From positions 7,812,001 through 7,876,000 of the forward strand of contig OZ024742.1 in the NCBI GenBank assembly GCA_964016885.1: a DNA stretch of 64,000 bases, read 5' to 3'. The position numbers and the translations under genes were made by a program. This DNA is from Eledone cirrhosa. Lineage: Eukaryota. The notes beneath the pieces were generated by a model. That model did no database searches and was not told the origin of the DNA. It was given only the letters and a program-made list of their open reading frames with translations. The number at the start of each line of letters is the position of its first letter. The stretch's first letter is position 1. Positions 59,623 through 64,000 of the stretch are shown in pieces.

Positions 59623-59689
59623 TTTTATTATGCGCATTTCAAAAACAAACATCATCAAACAATAATATTTGTGTTTTCATCAGATAAAA
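59623..59689 (-). ncRNA. Type-I hammerhead, family B
   Basis: ttttat-CTGATGA..GAAA-tgcgca-TA-ataaaa on the minus strand. Confidence 0.78.
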
Positions 59690-60908
59690 CAGGAGAACAT
59701 GATATGAAGGCTAAAAAAACACTTGTTGATAGTGCGGTTTTAAATCAACATATGAAAAGTGGTTTTAGATTGATGTGTGATATTGGGAAAAATATTTTAT
59801 TTAGAGAGGGGGGGAGAGAAAAGGATGAAAAGGGAAGGAGATGAGAGGGAGAGATGGGTGATAGAGAGAAAGAGATAGTTTTTATAACAGAGAGGAGATA
59901 TATATTATATAGAGGGGTTGAAAACCGTTGGAAGATACTGTATAAATTAAAAATTTTGAAAATTAACGAAGGGAGGATATGTGCGAGGAAAAAATATATT
60001 ATATTTAGGGAGGGGTGGGGGTGGAAAGGATGAAAAAAAGGGGAGGAGATGAGAGTGAAGGTGGAAAGGGAGAGATGGGTGATAGAGAGAAAGAGATAGT
60101 TTTTATAACTGAGAAAAAGATATAATGTTTTAATATAGAGAGGTTGGGAACCGTTGGAAGATAATGTATAAATTAAAGGAATTTGAAAATTAACGAAGGG
60201 AAAATATGTATGGAGATAGAGAGAAAAAAATAACGAAGGGAGATTATGTATGGAGATAGAGAGAAAAAAATAATAATTGTGGGTGAATATTCAAAAGGAG
60301 AAATGTAGGAATCTTAAAATTAGCAAAGAGAAAATGTTTATGTATAGGATTTGAGAAAAATTTATATTGAATTCATATGTATTAATAATGAGTTTGTTGA
60401 TGGGGAGAAAAAAATAATAATAATGATAAATTAAGGATGAAATTGAGATTAAAAAGATTTATGATAGAGAGAAAAAATAATAATGATTGCGGATGAATAC
60501 TCAAAATGTCAAAAACAAATGTTATTGTTTTACGAAGAGATATAATGAGGGTGATGAGTAAACGGGTATTATAGAGTGTATAATGCCCTTTAAAGTAAGG
60601 TAGATGGGTATATTTTAAAGAATATATGAGTATATATTAAAAAAATATATATAATAATAAATTAAGGATGAAATTGAGATTAAAAAGATTTATGATAGAG
60701 GGAAAAAAATAATAATGATTGCGGATGAATATTCAAAATGTCAAAAACAAATGTTATTGTTTTACGAGAAGATAGGATGAGGTAAATGAATAAACGAGTA
60801 CTATAGAGTGTATAATGCCCTTTAAAGTAAGGTAGATGGGTATATTTTAAAGAGGTGTATGTATATGTGCCTTTGAGAAAAGATTCTAAATTGATAAAGA
60901 ATTGAATA

Positions 60909-61860
60909 TTAACTGTATACTTTGTGAAAAGTTCTATGGAATTTATGAAGGCAGATGGAAAACAAATCCGAGCGTCTATTTATTATGGATTCTAGGTTAG
61001 AGATAATGGTAAATTTTTCATTTAGGCAGAGATTACAGATTTTAGATAGAGAACTGTTCAAGTACGAGGATGCAGAAGAAATCTTTTTCCAAAAGATGTT
61101 ATATTTAATGTTTTTGTCTTTTAAGGACCATATGAGTTCTGAGAGAGCAGTGTTAGTTCTTTTAAGTTTGTATTTGAAAGATGAATGATGATTATAGAGA
61201 CGAGCTTTAAAAGAGGTGGAAGTGGAGCCAAAATAGGTGAAGGAGTTGGTGCTAGTTATAATTTTACATTCATAAATTAAGTTTTTATCGAGGCAATGGT
61301 TGTTGAGAGGACATTTATTTTTAATGCGGCAGTTGCAATTAGAGAGATTATTAATGAGTGATCTAGTGTTATCTATAGAAGGAATTGGATTGGAGAAGTT
61401 GTTTGCGATAGGAATAATAGGAATAATAGTTTCTTGATTTAGAGTTGGATTATGAACATTTAACGAAGTTGTGTTTGACGTTGTATTTGGGTTTACAGAA
61501 GTTAGCCTAGGGTTTACAATGACGTCAGGAGTACTATTATTGTTATTATGAGATTCAATATTGGAAGGAAGAGATTTAGTATTTAATATTTTGTTGTTGT
61601 GTTTAGAAATGATGTTGGAAATATTGGAGGATGTAGAATACGAAAATTTAATGGTGTGTTTGTTAAATATTTTACTATAGATATGTGAGGGAGGGAAGCA
61701 TTTATTTAAGGCACTAAAAAATAATTTAGGAATATTGTTATTAATAGAGATGGAGAAAGGAGCATTATACCAGATTATGTTTTTGTATCTAGGTCTTTTA
61801 TTAAAATTATTGGAATGGTTATGATTAAATATTCTACTGTAAGTTTTCCTAGAATTTGAT
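60909..61860 (-). pseudogene. Truncated Naiad GIY-YIG region
   Basis: IIWYNAPFS, CNCRIKNKCP, YFGST, CNLC, CLH. Confidence 0.85.
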
Positions 61861-61968
61861 CTTATATTTGATCTTATATTATGCATACTCCAGTCCCACA
61901 AACTGTAGAGTGCTTCTTATCCGATATCTGCATTGCTTTATTGTACTACAATAAAACTCACCTCCTAC

Positions 61969-64000
<2,032 letters not shown>

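Larger units (their letters stand above)
59589..61860 (-). mobile_element. Naiad-like PLE family B, second 5'-truncated copy
   Basis: GIY-YIG region highly similar to 17892-18830; same 3' terminus; 3' UTR with internal duplications. Confidence 0.88.

Overview
AT-rich eukaryotic (invertebrate-like; cephalopod/mollusc is a guess) region with no recognisable host gene. It is a chain of long imperfect (TA)n tracts into which retroelements are inserted. These include two LINE remnants (CR1-group, RTE) and several Penelope-like elements (PLEs): three Naiad-type families, one nearly intact with direct pLTRs, and one Neptune/Nematis-like element. There are also many small non-coding elements, arranged as tandem arrays (300, 469, 591 bp) or fold-back palindromes. 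By manual folding, most non-LINE inserts carry their own type-I hammerhead ribozyme (about a dozen distinct sequence families). Many have a self-complementary stem III, and two families have the covariant U3-A8 core. A direct-inverted-direct triplication at ~23.4-36.8 kb has breakpoints in pre-existing inverted repeats. All family assignments and RNA folds were made by eye, with no database search.
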